DNA of 61,192 nucleotides, the filler included. It is 6 parts of 6 records of this genome, joined end to end, with 100 filler letters (N's around TTAATTAATTAA, not from the genome) between each part and the next. Parts side by side here need not be neighbours in the genome. Positions count along the whole stretch, not along the records: positions 1 to 18,806 come from SRR2962707_3198; positions 18,907 to 27,312 come from SRR2962707_3203; 4 more parts are not named here. One strand, written 5' to 3'. The notes under the pieces are model-generated. The model searched no databases. It worked only from the letters and a program-made list of their open reading frames with translations, and was not told the DNA's origin. Position numbers and translations under genes: made by a program. Each line of letters opens with the position of its first letter. Position 1 is the stretch's first letter. This document shows positions 10,096 to 19,404 of this stretch, in pieces.

Positions 10096-10863
10096 TTACC
10101 CGTAGTTTTTTTCCAGATAAGCAAGAATGCGAGCCGATTCAAACAACGCTTCCCCGCTATTGGGATCTTCCAGATAGGGCACCTGCACCCGGCCATGTTG
10201 CTGGAAAAACGCGTCCCGCTTGCCGCCAGGAATGGGCCGATACGGACCGGGTTTGATGCGCTGTCGGGCAGGTCCGACTTCGGTCCAGTGTTCCTTGCCC
10301 AGATTATGCAAGGTGTACGGAATCTCGTTTTCGCAGAGTCGTTCCCGAATCAGGCGCGAGAACGGGCTGCCCTCGAAACTCCACAAGTGAAGCCCCTGCT
10401 CAGGCCGCCGGGCTGGCCGCGCCCGCATCCCGCGAAGCTCACTGGCCCCGGAGCCTGCAGCGCCGAGTGCCGGTTGCCAGGGACGGCCCTGGTAGTAGCG
10501 AGGCACGGAACGATGCGCATACTGGCGGAACAGATACTCGATAATCGCCTCGGATTCATACAGCACTTCGCCGGTGTTCTGGTCGTGCAGCAGGGGAAAC
10601 TGCTGTTTGCCCCCCAGGGTCTCGGCTTCCGGGCGGAACACCCGACCACCCTTCGGGCAGGGTCGAATCTCAACGTCCAGATGCAACGCCGTCAGCACCT
10701 CACGAACACGTCGGCAGTATGGACAGGCTTCAATGTCATAGAGAACCAGCGGCTTCTCAGGTTGCGGAACAGCTTTGATAACCAGGCACCCGCGCCAGGC
10801 TGCAAAAGAAGAAGTGGCCACCGATTCCAGCACATTCACCTGATGCTTCAGCGTTTTTAACAT
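10096..10863 (-). CDS. Tandem GST-N/glutaredoxin-like domain protein
   Basis: Domain 1 ACPYC...QFPLLHDQNTGEVLYES; domain 2 GSPFS...QVPYLEDPNSGEALFES. Confidence 0.85.
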   Translation of the reverse strand: MLKTLKHQVNVLESVATSSFAAWRGCLVIKAVPQPEKPLVLYDIEACPYCRRVREVLTALHLDVEIRPCPKGGRVFRPEAETLGGKQQFPLLHDQNTGEVLYESEAIIEYLFRQYAHRSVPRYYQGRPWQPALGAAGSGASELRGMRARPARRPEQGLHLWSFEGSPFSRLIRERLCENEIPYTLHNLGKEHWTEVGPARQRIKPGPYRPIPGGKRDAFFQQHGRVQVPYLEDPNSGEALFESARILAYLEKNYG

Positions 10864-11112
10864 GATCGTTCCCTTGTTTTCGTCATTTTCTGCATTGTCC
10901 CACAGGAGAATCTGTGCCCATTGGCCCGCAGGCCCCTGCGCCGGCGTCATACTAACTCACTGATTCTTCAGGCCACTTACTCGATGTCACAAAAACTCAA
11001 TATAAACAAAGACTCTACTGCCATTTTTTAACGTCATGTATAGCTTTTCTGCATAGTACATACGCCCAGAATGGGCTATTGTACAGAGAGAACACAACAA
11101 CGGATTCCGGTC

Positions 11113-12684
11113 ATGAATACTCAGGGGTTGCAGGCGGGCAAAGGCCTTGCCACAGGCAGATTTGCGTCAGGAGCAGTGGCGCTGGCCATCGCGTTGGCCA
11201 GCGCCCCGCTCGGCCAGGCTTTCGCACAAGAACAGACCTCTGCGGAAGAGGCCTTTGCCAGCTCCCGTCACTGGGCCAGCCAGATCCGAAGTTACGCCAG
11301 CAAATCCCTGAACAGCGATGAAGCTCTGAGTGTTGCCGTTATTCCCCTCAACGGCCCCGGCATTGAGCAGTATGTAAACGCTGACACACTGATGAGCCCG
11401 GGCTCCATCATGAAGCTGGTAACCACCTATGCTGCCCTGGAACTCCTGGGCCCTACCCACCACTGGAAGACCGATTTCCTTACAGACGGCATGATGCTGG
11501 GCGACAGCCTGAAAGGAAACCTCTACGTACGCTTCGGTGGCGACCCCAAACTGACCCTGGAACGGCTCTGGAGCACCCTGCGTGAACTCAAGAGCATGGG
11601 CATTAACCGCATTGAAGGCGACCTGGTGCTGGATGGCAGCTATTTCCGCGTCGACGGCGGTTTCCCGACGTTCGAGGATAACGGCGACAACCCCCACGCG
11701 CCCTTTCTGGTGGAACCCTCCGGCTATCTGACCAACCTGAATCTGCTGCATTTTCAGGTGCGCGCCGATGAGCGTGGAACACAGGCCTGGACAACCCCGG
11801 ATCTGGGCGAAGTCTCCATTGATAACCGGGTAACCGCATTACCGGAAGGTCCCTGCCCTGCCCGCAGCCGGTTTGATTGGGAACCGGTATTTCATGAAAA
11901 CCATCAGGTAACGGTTCGGGTAACCGGACAGTTACCGCAAGGCTGCCGCAGCACCACCTATCTGTCTCTGCTGCCGCAGGAACGGTACTCTGCTTCCGTG
12001 ATTCGTTCTGTGCTATCGGAAATGGGCATTATTGTCAGTGGTGGCGACCGCTTTGAGGGCACACCGGAAGACGCACGGCTGATCATGCGCACCACCTCAC
12101 CTGATCTGGTTTCCATGGTGCGAGACATCAACAAATGGAGCAGCAACGTCATGGCCCGCCAGATGCTGCTGACCATTGGCGCCGAGTTCCGCAAGGAAGA
12201 TGACAAAGACGACCGGGTAGCCGGTATCCGCACAGTGTACGAATGGCTGGAGAATATGGGCATCAACACCGCAGGCATGGTGATTGACAATGGCGCCGGG
12301 CTCACCCGCCATGGTCGCATCACGGCCCGGCAAGGCGCCCAGATACTGCAACAGGCCTGGGACAGCCCCTACGCCTCTGACCTGATGGCCTCAATGCCCA
12401 TTATCGCCATGGACGGAACCATGGCGCGCCGGCTTCGCAACACCGGTATGGATGGCGAAGGCCGAATCAAAACCGGTTATCTGGAGAATGTTCGCTCAAT
12501 CGCGGGGTTCACCCGGGACGATAACAACACCACCTGGGCCATTGTCGGTATGGTGAACAACGATCCGGCCTGGAACGGTCAGGCGGTTCTGGATCGGGTT
12601 CTCTACTCTCTGCATTTCCGGCCTCCCGTGGGCATGACCTTATCCCAGTCTGCCGACGAAAATCCGGCTTCTTCGATTCAGTAA
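11113..12684 (+). CDS. dacB: D-Ala-D-Ala carboxypeptidase/endopeptidase (PBP4, peptidase S13)
   Basis: SxxK (PGSIMK), SxN (SSN) and KTG motifs; signal peptide. Confidence 0.92.
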   Translation: MNTQGLQAGKGLATGRFASGAVALAIALASAPLGQAFAQEQTSAEEAFASSRHWASQIRSYASKSLNSDEALSVAVIPLNGPGIEQYVNADTLMSPGSIMKLVTTYAALELLGPTHHWKTDFLTDGMMLGDSLKGNLYVRFGGDPKLTLERLWSTLRELKSMGINRIEGDLVLDGSYFRVDGGFPTFEDNGDNPHAPFLVEPSGYLTNLNLLHFQVRADERGTQAWTTPDLGEVSIDNRVTALPEGPCPARSRFDWEPVFHENHQVTVRVTGQLPQGCRSTTYLSLLPQERYSASVIRSVLSEMGIIVSGGDRFEGTPEDARLIMRTTSPDLVSMVRDINKWSSNVMARQMLLTIGAEFRKEDDKDDRVAGIRTVYEWLENMGINTAGMVIDNGAGLTRHGRITARQGAQILQQAWDSPYASDLMASMPIIAMDGTMARRLRNTGMDGEGRIKTGYLENVRSIAGFTRDDNNTTWAIVGMVNNDPAWNGQAVLDRVLYSLHFRPPVGMTLSQSADENPASSIQ

Positions 12685-12692
12685 GTCAATAT

Positions 12693-12719
12693 AAAAAGGC
12701 CGGCTGCAGCAGCCGGCCT
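12693..12719 (-). terminator. Terminator between convergent dacB and fasciclin genes
   Basis: AAAAAGGCCGGCTGC-A-GCAGCCGGCCT inverted repeat; U-tract on the minus strand. Confidence 0.75.
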
Positions 12720-12758
12720 GGCATTCATACTTTGTTCAAAGAAAGCGTGTTTCGTCTG

Positions 12759-13793
12759 TCAGTCGACTGTAAAAATTACCTCGTCGATCACATGAATCAC
12801 GCCGTTAGACGCCTCAACATCAGCTTCGACGACGGTACTGCCCTCGATAACCAGAGCGTTGTCCTGTATATCAACGTTCAAGTTGTTGCTGGCCAATGTT
12901 GTTACAGTTCCGCCGTTAGAAGCGTATGCCGTAAGAGAGCCGACCGTAGTTCCGAGAATATGCTGGCTCAGAATGGCTGGCAGATTCGGATCATTGAGCA
13001 AGTCGCCGGCTGTAATACCGAGATCCGTCAGTAACGCCTCAAAAGCGGCATCTGTTGGCGCGAACACCGTCAAGGTTGCATCAACGTCCGCAGCTGCAGT
13101 GAGCAACGCTGCCGCACCAGGGGTCTGAAGTGCCGCAAGTAACGTTGTAAACTCCGCGTTTTCAGCCCCTGCCAGCGCGGTTACGATTTCTGCAATCGTT
13201 GAGTCTGTATCACTGAGATCGCTCGGCGGCGGAAGCAGCACTTTGTCGATAATGTGAATAACACCATTGGTGGCGTCTACATCTGGCCCCGTTACTCGAG
13301 ACGTGTTGACGTATAGCACGTCTTCTCCGCTTTCCTGTGAAATAGACAGCGCGACGTTTTCACTATTCACGGTTGGAACGAGATTTTGTGGGACCGGGCT
13401 TTGCGCAACGCTGATCGCAGCGGCAGCCTTCACTTCCCCCACAGACGTTGCAAGGACATGGTAGGTAAGAACGGTGTTTAATAACTCCGTGTTGGCTAAC
13501 AACTGTTCCGCCGTAAGTCCCAGGTCGCCCAGCAGGGCTTCAAAGGCGGCGTCGGTCGGTGCGAACACCGTTAACTGGTCATCTCCACCGAGCAGTTCCG
13601 CGATGGATGGATCGGCCTCAAGAACGGCAGCTTCCAGAATCGTCGTGTTTGCATTCTCAACAGCGATTTCCAGGATGCTTTGCGTGGCAGCCTCGGTAGT
13701 GCTGTTATCGTCGTTATCATCGTCATCAAGCCAACAACCGGATAGCATGACACTGCCCGCTAAAACCATGGGTAAAGCGTATTTTGCTTTCAT
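12759..13793 (-). CDS. Fasciclin (two FAS1 domains) lipoprotein
   Basis: Lipobox LSGC; two copies of TVFAPTDAAF and of ATNGVIHIIDKVL / ASNGVIHVIDEVI. Confidence 0.92.
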   Translation of the reverse strand: MKAKYALPMVLAGSVMLSGCWLDDDDNDDNSTTEAATQSILEIAVENANTTILEAAVLEADPSIAELLGGDDQLTVFAPTDAAFEALLGDLGLTAEQLLANTELLNTVLTYHVLATSVGEVKAAAAISVAQSPVPQNLVPTVNSENVALSISQESGEDVLYVNTSRVTGPDVDATNGVIHIIDKVLLPPPSDLSDTDSTIAEIVTALAGAENAEFTTLLAALQTPGAAALLTAAADVDATLTVFAPTDAAFEALLTDLGITAGDLLNDPNLPAILSQHILGTTVGSLTAYASNGGTVTTLASNNLNVDIQDNALVIEGSTVVEADVEASNGVIHVIDEVIFTVD

Positions 13794-13882
13794 TTTTCGT
13801 GCCTCGTCTGGAGGGTTGATTACCAGGTTAAAGTGGTTCAAACCTGCACTGATTCAGTCCCTGACCAGTGTCGAAAGCAAAT

Positions 13883-13908
13883 TACGGTAAGGCGAGAGAA
13901 ACGGATTT
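13883..13908 (-). promoter_or_regulatory. Putative ECF sigma factor promoter for the fasciclin gene
   Basis: Minus strand AAATCC-N16-CGTA, similar to the TGATCC...CGTA promoters of RpoE/ChrR-type ECF sigmas. Confidence 0.45.
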
Positions 13909-13968
13909 ACAGTTTTTTACATTACAGCGAACAATTGTAAGGTGAACTACAGCGATACAGTGCCTTTA

Positions 13969-14229
13969 TCAGTCTGGCCGGCGTTCTTGGGAAAACAATC
14001 GGGCCATGGTCCAGTCCGCCATTTTGCCTGCCATTGGTGCGATAAAGCTGACCAGCGGGAAGGCCACTGTCCAGGCCACCACAAATGCTGCGCCCCAGCG
14101 ATGGAAATAACCCTCGGTCAGGCCGGTGTTGATCAGGGTGATAATCCCGGACATCAATAGCGACATGATGCCGGACATGTAAAAGGCAAAAACAAACTGG
14201 CGCACACGCGTTTGCTTGTAACTGGACAT
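13969..14229 (-). CDS. DUF2798 family small membrane protein
   Basis: Two TM helices with MSGIMSLLMSGIIT...WGAAFVVAWTVAFP pattern. Confidence 0.8.
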   Translation of the reverse strand: MSSYKQTRVRQFVFAFYMSGIMSLLMSGIITLINTGLTEGYFHRWGAAFVVAWTVAFPLVSFIAPMAGKMADWTMARLFSQERRPD

Positions 14230-14383
14230 GTTTTCCTTCCCGGTTTTAACGTATGGAACACTGCCGAATCCATTCAGGCGACCGCAGCGTAGGAGAAAAG
14301 ACGCGGCCACCGATGCTGGATCGCAACATCTTAGTGAGCATGCAACATTTTTCCATACGGCTTTTTACCAAGGAGTACAGGTA

Positions 14384-15250
14384 ATGGATGACCCAACGCC
14401 CGGAACATGCCGCGCCCGCTGGATCGTCGGGCTGGTGTTGCTGATGTTTTTAGCGGGCTGCAGTCAGACGCGCCTGGCCTACCGCTACGCCGACTGGGGC
14501 GTCGTCTGGTGGGTGGAGGATTACATCAGCCTGACCGGTGAACAGGAAGCTCAGTTGAGTCAGGATCTGGAAGCGCTCAGACAATGGCATTGCTCGGCAG
14601 AGTTGCCCCGTTACCAGCAATGGTTGACAGTCCTCAAATCAGATCTGGCGGAAGGGACGCCGAGCGAGGCCACGGTTCTGTTCCACCAGGAACAACTCAT
14701 GGACTTCTTACCCGAATTGTTGGAACGGGCCACTCCGGTAGCCGTCAATCTGCTGTCTTCTCTATCGGATGAGCAGGTAGCGCAACTAGCCGACAACATG
14801 GCGGAGAAGCAGCAGGAGCTGGAGCAGGAAATGCTGGAGGGATCACCCGCTCAAACCGCACAGGCACGTTCTGAACGGACTATTGAGCGTATTGAACGAT
14901 GGCTTGGCGAACTGAATCAGCAACAGCGGGCCATCGTCGAAAGCTGGTCAGCGGATCGTGGCCGGCAAACGGAAATCTGGTTAACAGGGCGGAGAAACTG
15001 GCAATTGGCATTGCTCGACACGCTGGAGAGACGACGCCAGTCCGGCTTTGCTGAACAGGTGAACGAGTTGCTGGTTCACTCAGAGCGCGCCAGAGGAGCG
15101 GAATACCAGGCCATGCTGGCCGACAGCCGGGTGGCGATGGCCGGCTTGATGCACGATCTTCTGCAGGCTGGAGATACCCGGCATCAGGATCACCTGCTGG
15201 CCAGGGCCAGTGAGCTGAAAGGAGATTTTGCAGCGCTGACCTGCAGCTAA
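14384..15250 (+). CDS. DUF6279-like lipoprotein
   Basis: Lipobox LAGC, then LAYRYADW...WH...ELPRY; ATG after AGGAG. Confidence 0.75.
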   Translation: MDDPTPGTCRARWIVGLVLLMFLAGCSQTRLAYRYADWGVVWWVEDYISLTGEQEAQLSQDLEALRQWHCSAELPRYQQWLTVLKSDLAEGTPSEATVLFHQEQLMDFLPELLERATPVAVNLLSSLSDEQVAQLADNMAEKQQELEQEMLEGSPAQTAQARSERTIERIERWLGELNQQQRAIVESWSADRGRQTEIWLTGRRNWQLALLDTLERRRQSGFAEQVNELLVHSERARGAEYQAMLADSRVAMAGLMHDLLQAGDTRHQDHLLARASELKGDFAALTCS

Positions 15251-15269
15251 ACACGGATCGCGATACCCC

Positions 15270-15307
15270 AAAAGGGCCAGATGAACCCGTATCATCCGGC
15301 CCTTTTT
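15270..15307. terminator. Bidirectional terminator
   Basis: AAAAGGGCCAGATG...CATCCGGCCCTTTTT between convergent genes. Confidence 0.75.
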
Positions 15308-15322
15308 GCGTCTCGATCTGTG

Positions 15323-16093
15323 TCAGACCGTCAGGTAACCACCATCCGCATTAATGCAGGCTCCAGTGGTATAGCTGGAAGCGTCAGACACCAGGTACAG
15401 CACAGTACCCGCCATTTCATCGGGATCCGCCACACGCTTCATCGGGATGTGGGCCATGGCCTGCTTCTTGATGGCCTCATTGGTGGTCAGGGCGCTGGCA
15501 AATTTGGTATCGGTCAGGCCCGGCAACAAGGCATTCACCCGCACATTCTGCTGGCCCAGCTCCATGGCGAAAGATTTGGTCATGGAAATCACTGCTGCCT
15601 TGGTCACCGAATAGATGCCCTGGAAGTGGCCGGGGTTTACGCCGTTAACCGAAGCCACGTTCACAATGGAACCACCACCGTTCTTTTTCATCAGCTGAGC
15701 GCCACGGGCGCACATGAAGAAGTAACCACGGATGTTCACGTCTACGGTTTTGTGGAAAGCACCCAGGTCGGTGTCTTCCACCGGACCGAAGTATGGGTTG
15801 GCGGCTGCGTTGTTCACCAGGATATCCAGTTTGCCGTGCGCTTTGGCGATGTGCTCCCACACCGCTTCAATCTGGTCCATCTCGCCAATGTGGCAGGCGA
15901 AGGCTTCGGCGCTGCCGGCGTCTTCACGGATGCTACTGGCCACGGCCTCACAACCGTCAATCTTGCGGCTACTGACAATCACGTGAGCACCGTAATGAGC
16001 CAGCGTACGGGCGATGCTCTCGCCGATACCGCGGCTGGCGCCGGTTACCAGGGCGACTTTGCCAGTCAGGTCGAACAGGTTTTTGTTGCTCAT
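15323..16093 (-). CDS. Short-chain dehydrogenase/reductase (DHRS4-like)
   Basis: TGASRGIG, NNAA, YSVTK. Confidence 0.92.
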   Translation of the reverse strand: MSNKNLFDLTGKVALVTGASRGIGESIARTLAHYGAHVIVSSRKIDGCEAVASSIREDAGSAEAFACHIGEMDQIEAVWEHIAKAHGKLDILVNNAAANPYFGPVEDTDLGAFHKTVDVNIRGYFFMCARGAQLMKKNGGGSIVNVASVNGVNPGHFQGIYSVTKAAVISMTKSFAMELGQQNVRVNALLPGLTDTKFASALTTNEAIKKQAMAHIPMKRVADPDEMAGTVLYLVSDASSYTTGACINADGGYLTV

Positions 16094-16107
16094 GGAATTC
16101 CCTCAGC

Positions 16108-16797
16108 TTATCGGAATGTCACCAGGGCGGGGTCTTCCGCTTCCAGGTGGCTATAGTTGTTGAATACGGCCAGGCTGCGCCGGGGGCCGGAATACAGAAT
16201 GCGGGACACGCTGGTGTTGGCAATCACATTGTTCATCTCCAGCGCCTTGCGGTCTGACAGTTCAAGCAGGCGCTGGGCAATGACCGCAATGGGGCCGCCA
16301 GAGGTGGACACAATCACATCGGCACCATCGGCCAGTTCAATCAGCTGATCCAGTGCATGGCCAACCCGCTGCCGGAATCCGTTCCAGGTTTCGCTGTATT
16401 CCTGGTCGAACTCGCCACTCACCCAGCGGGTCACCGCCTTCTCGAAAGCCTGCTGGAAGGCTCTTGCAGGTTTGGGAAAGCTGGCGAGGTCTCGCGCCAT
16501 TACCTGTTTATCCGCCCATTCCGGGCGCAGGCGCTCCACCACTTCCAGATGATCAAACTCGTTCAGGCCTTCCAGCACCTGCATATCCGGCAGGCTGACA
16601 CCGTAACCGGTAGTGATCGCCTCCACAGTTTCCCGATGGCGCTGCAGGTTACCGCCAAAAACAGCACCCGGCTCCACCTTGCCCGCCAGCCAGCGGCCCA
16701 GAATCCTGCCCTGCTCCCAGCCTCGCGGCGAGAGCTGGTCGTAGTTTTCCTTGCCGAAACTGGCCTGACCGTGGCGCACCAGATAAATCGTGGCCAT
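16108..16797 (-). CDS. Histidine phosphatase family protein
   Basis: LVRHGQASFG N-terminal motif. Confidence 0.9.
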   Translation of the reverse strand: MATIYLVRHGQASFGKENYDQLSPRGWEQGRILGRWLAGKVEPGAVFGGNLQRHRETVEAITTGYGVSLPDMQVLEGLNEFDHLEVVERLRPEWADKQVMARDLASFPKPARAFQQAFEKAVTRWVSGEFDQEYSETWNGFRQRVGHALDQLIELADGADVIVSTSGGPIAVIAQRLLELSDRKALEMNNVIANTSVSRILYSGPRRSLAVFNNYSHLEAEDPALVTFR

Positions 16798-17861
16798 TAC
16801 AGGGTGCTCTCGCTAATCAGGCGCTGGCACCGTTTCTCCAGATAGTTGCCGGCGTGGCCAAAGGCGGCGAAGCGTTTGTCTTTGGTCTGGCCGTGATAAA
16901 AGCGGTAGTAGATTTGCTGGATGATCACCGCCAGGCGGAACAGCCCGTAAATTTCATAAAAGTCGAACTTTTCCGCCCGGAAGCCGGATTTCTCCATGTA
17001 GTAGTCCACCACTTCTTTACGAGTCAGCATGCCCGGCCGGTGCGTGGGCTGGCGCCGCAGCATCTGGAACGGGCCTTCGTCGTCGGCTTCGATCCAATAG
17101 GCCAGACTGTTGCCCAGGTCCATCAGCGGATCACCAATAGTGGCCATTTCCCAGTCCAGCACGCCAATCACTTCAAACGGGTTGTCCGGGTTCAGCACCA
17201 CATTGTCGAAACGGTAGTCGTTGTGAATAACCACCTGAGCGATATCATCCGGCATCTTATCGTTCAGCCAGGCCATGACGTCTTCGAAGTCACCGACATC
17301 GTCGGTACGGGCCTTGCGGAAGCGGTCGCTCCAGCCGCCAATCTGCCGCTGCACGTAACCCGCGCCCTTGCCCAGCTTGTCCAGGCCTGCGGCCTTGGCG
17401 TCCACTGTATGCAGATCCACCAGCTTGTCGATCACGTTCAGGCACAGTTTGCGAGTGTCTTCGGCGCTCAGCTCGAAATCCCTGGGGAAGTCTTGACGCA
17501 GAATGATGCCCTTGAGCCGCTCCATCACATAGAAGTCGCAACCCAGCACGCTGTGATCGTCGCAAATGGCAACAATGTTGGGCACGTAGGGATAGGCTGG
17601 CTTCAATGCTTCCATCACCCGCGCTTCCCGCAGCATGTCGTGGGCGGACTTGGCGATTTTGCCGAACGGCGGCCGGCGCAGCACGTAGGACTGGTCGCCA
17701 TAATCCACCTGATAGGTCAAATTGGACGCACCACCGGGGTACTGCTTGATGCTCGGCTGGCCTTCCAGGCCTGGAATGGCCTGCTTCATGAACTGGTCGA
17801 CGGCGCTGATATCCAGCTCTTCGCCTTCACGGATGTCTACGGCCTGGTCGATCTGTGTCAT
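16797..17861 (-). CDS. APH-family phosphotransferase (ACAD10/11 kinase-domain-like)
   Basis: GGASNLTY, LRRPP, AHDMLRE, HNDYRFDN, LDWEMATIGDPLMDLG. Confidence 0.9.
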   Translation of the reverse strand: MTQIDQAVDIREGEELDISAVDQFMKQAIPGLEGQPSIKQYPGGASNLTYQVDYGDQSYVLRRPPFGKIAKSAHDMLREARVMEALKPAYPYVPNIVAICDDHSVLGCDFYVMERLKGIILRQDFPRDFELSAEDTRKLCLNVIDKLVDLHTVDAKAAGLDKLGKGAGYVQRQIGGWSDRFRKARTDDVGDFEDVMAWLNDKMPDDIAQVVIHNDYRFDNVVLNPDNPFEVIGVLDWEMATIGDPLMDLGNSLAYWIEADDEGPFQMLRRQPTHRPGMLTRKEVVDYYMEKSGFRAEKFDFYEIYGLFRLAVIIQQIYYRFYHGQTKDKRFAAFGHAGNYLEKRCQRLISESTL

Positions 17862-17882
17862 TCAATCTCTCCTGTGATGTGT

Positions 17883-18704
17883 TCAGGCGTTCGCCCTGCT
17901 ACCCATCTTGCTCATCCAGCGCTTGGTTTCCTGGTGCATCAGCCAGTCAAACGCCCAGGGGGCGTGGCGCTTGAGCATCCACATGCGGCGCTCTTTGGCG
18001 TGGGGCAATACCCAGAAGTCTTTGTCTTTCACACTGCGGAAGATATCCTCGGCCACGTCTTCGGCGGTGATGCTGGAGCGCTTCATCAGCTTGTTCACGT
18101 TCTGTTGAATACCGGGAATATCCGAACGCATGGTGCTGGCCAGGTTGGTCTGGAAGAACGCCGGGCACACGCAGCTGACGTGAATGCCGGAATCACGCAA
18201 TTCCTGGCTGAGGGTTTCCGACAGGGCTATCACCCCGGCTTTGGAAACATTGTAGCTGTCCATCAATGGCGCCAGCATAAGCCCGGCCATGGAGGCGACA
18301 TTCACAAACGCGCCGGAGCCTTGTTCCTTGAACAGCGGGGTAAAGGCTTTGCAGCCGCGCACGACGCCCAATACGTTGATGTCGAGAATCCACTCCCAGT
18401 CACCGATGGTGGTGTCTTCAATGGAACCTGCGGAGGCAACGCCCGCGTTGTTCACGACTACGTCCACTCCCCCCCATTTTTGGACCAGGTCATCACGGAC
18501 TTTCTCGAAGTCGCTCAGGCGGCGTACATCGCATTCCACGAAATAACCTTCGCCGCCGGCCTGGTTCAGTTCCGCCTCAACGGCCACACCCTGCTCCGGG
18601 TTAATGTCCCCGATGCAGACTTTGGCCCCTTCTTTGGCATACCGCAATGCAATCGCCCGGCCCAGGCCACTGGCCCCGCCGGTTATAAATACCCGTTGTG
18701 TCAT
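17883..18704 (-). CDS. Short-chain dehydrogenase/reductase
   Basis: TGGASGLG, NNAG, YNVSK. Confidence 0.92.
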   Translation of the reverse strand: MTQRVFITGGASGLGRAIALRYAKEGAKVCIGDINPEQGVAVEAELNQAGGEGYFVECDVRRLSDFEKVRDDLVQKWGGVDVVVNNAGVASAGSIEDTTIGDWEWILDINVLGVVRGCKAFTPLFKEQGSGAFVNVASMAGLMLAPLMDSYNVSKAGVIALSETLSQELRDSGIHVSCVCPAFFQTNLASTMRSDIPGIQQNVNKLMKRSSITAEDVAEDIFRSVKDKDFWVLPHAKERRMWMLKRHAPWAFDWLMHQETKRWMSKMGSRANA

Positions 18705-18806
18705 CGTTGTTTCTCTCCGTTATGTTTTGGAGTTCCTGTTCTTGTGATTGGGCGCAAGAGTTGGCACCAGAAGGTACTTTCCAAAAACCGCTACGAGCAC
18801 ATCCAT

Positions 18807-18906
18807 NNNNNNNNNNNNNNNNNNNNNNNNNNNNNNNNNNNNNNNNNNNNTTAATTAATTAANNNNNNNNNNNNNNNNNNNNNNNNNNNNNNNNNNNNNN
18901 NNNNNN
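18807..18906. other. Artificial contig linker
   Basis: 44 N + TTAATTAATTAA (stops in all six frames) + 44 N. Confidence 0.99.
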
Positions 18907-19161
18907 TTTGAACACAAGAACCTGCCGGGGCAGGATCGGGACCTCTTCGCCCGTCTTCGGGTTCCGGCCGACGCGCTCGTTCTTTGAGCGCACCTGGAAG
19001 GACCCGAAGGAAGAAAGTTTGACATTGGACCCCGAAATCAGCGCATCGCCGATCAGTTCCAATACCCGCTCTACCAATTCAGCTGACTCGGTTCTGGACA
19101 GGCCGACCGTGCCGTAGACCGCTTCGGCGAGATCCGCCCGCGTTACCGTCTTTTGCGTCAT
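18907..19161 (-). CDS. ihfA: Integration host factor subunit alpha, 3'-truncated
   Basis: [15 protein letters not shown]...VKLSSFGSF...[12 protein letters not shown]. Confidence 0.95.
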
Positions 19162-19404
19162 TCGAAACCCCGTGTTGTCCGAATGGCTGGGCTCCTCGGG
19201 CGGAACAATCGTTACCATCCCAGTCTTTTGTGCGGTTCAACTGGACCTGCCAAAGGTCGCGCCAAACCGCAGAAACCCGTCCTTCCAGTCAGCGCAAACG
19301 CGCCGCACAAACCCCTCATGCGGCAGAATTTTGCACCGTGTCCTCCACTAGAAAATGACACTAACGCCTTGAAACACCTAAGGTCAATCGGGCTGCGACG
19401 GCGT

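Noticed and set aside
16797..17861. Aminoglycoside resistance gene
   Set aside because: Motifs and context fit the ACAD10/11-like metabolic kinase subfamily.
16854..18854. 666-aa plus-strand ORF
   Set aside because: Antisense shadow of the phosphotransferase and SDR genes; no motifs.
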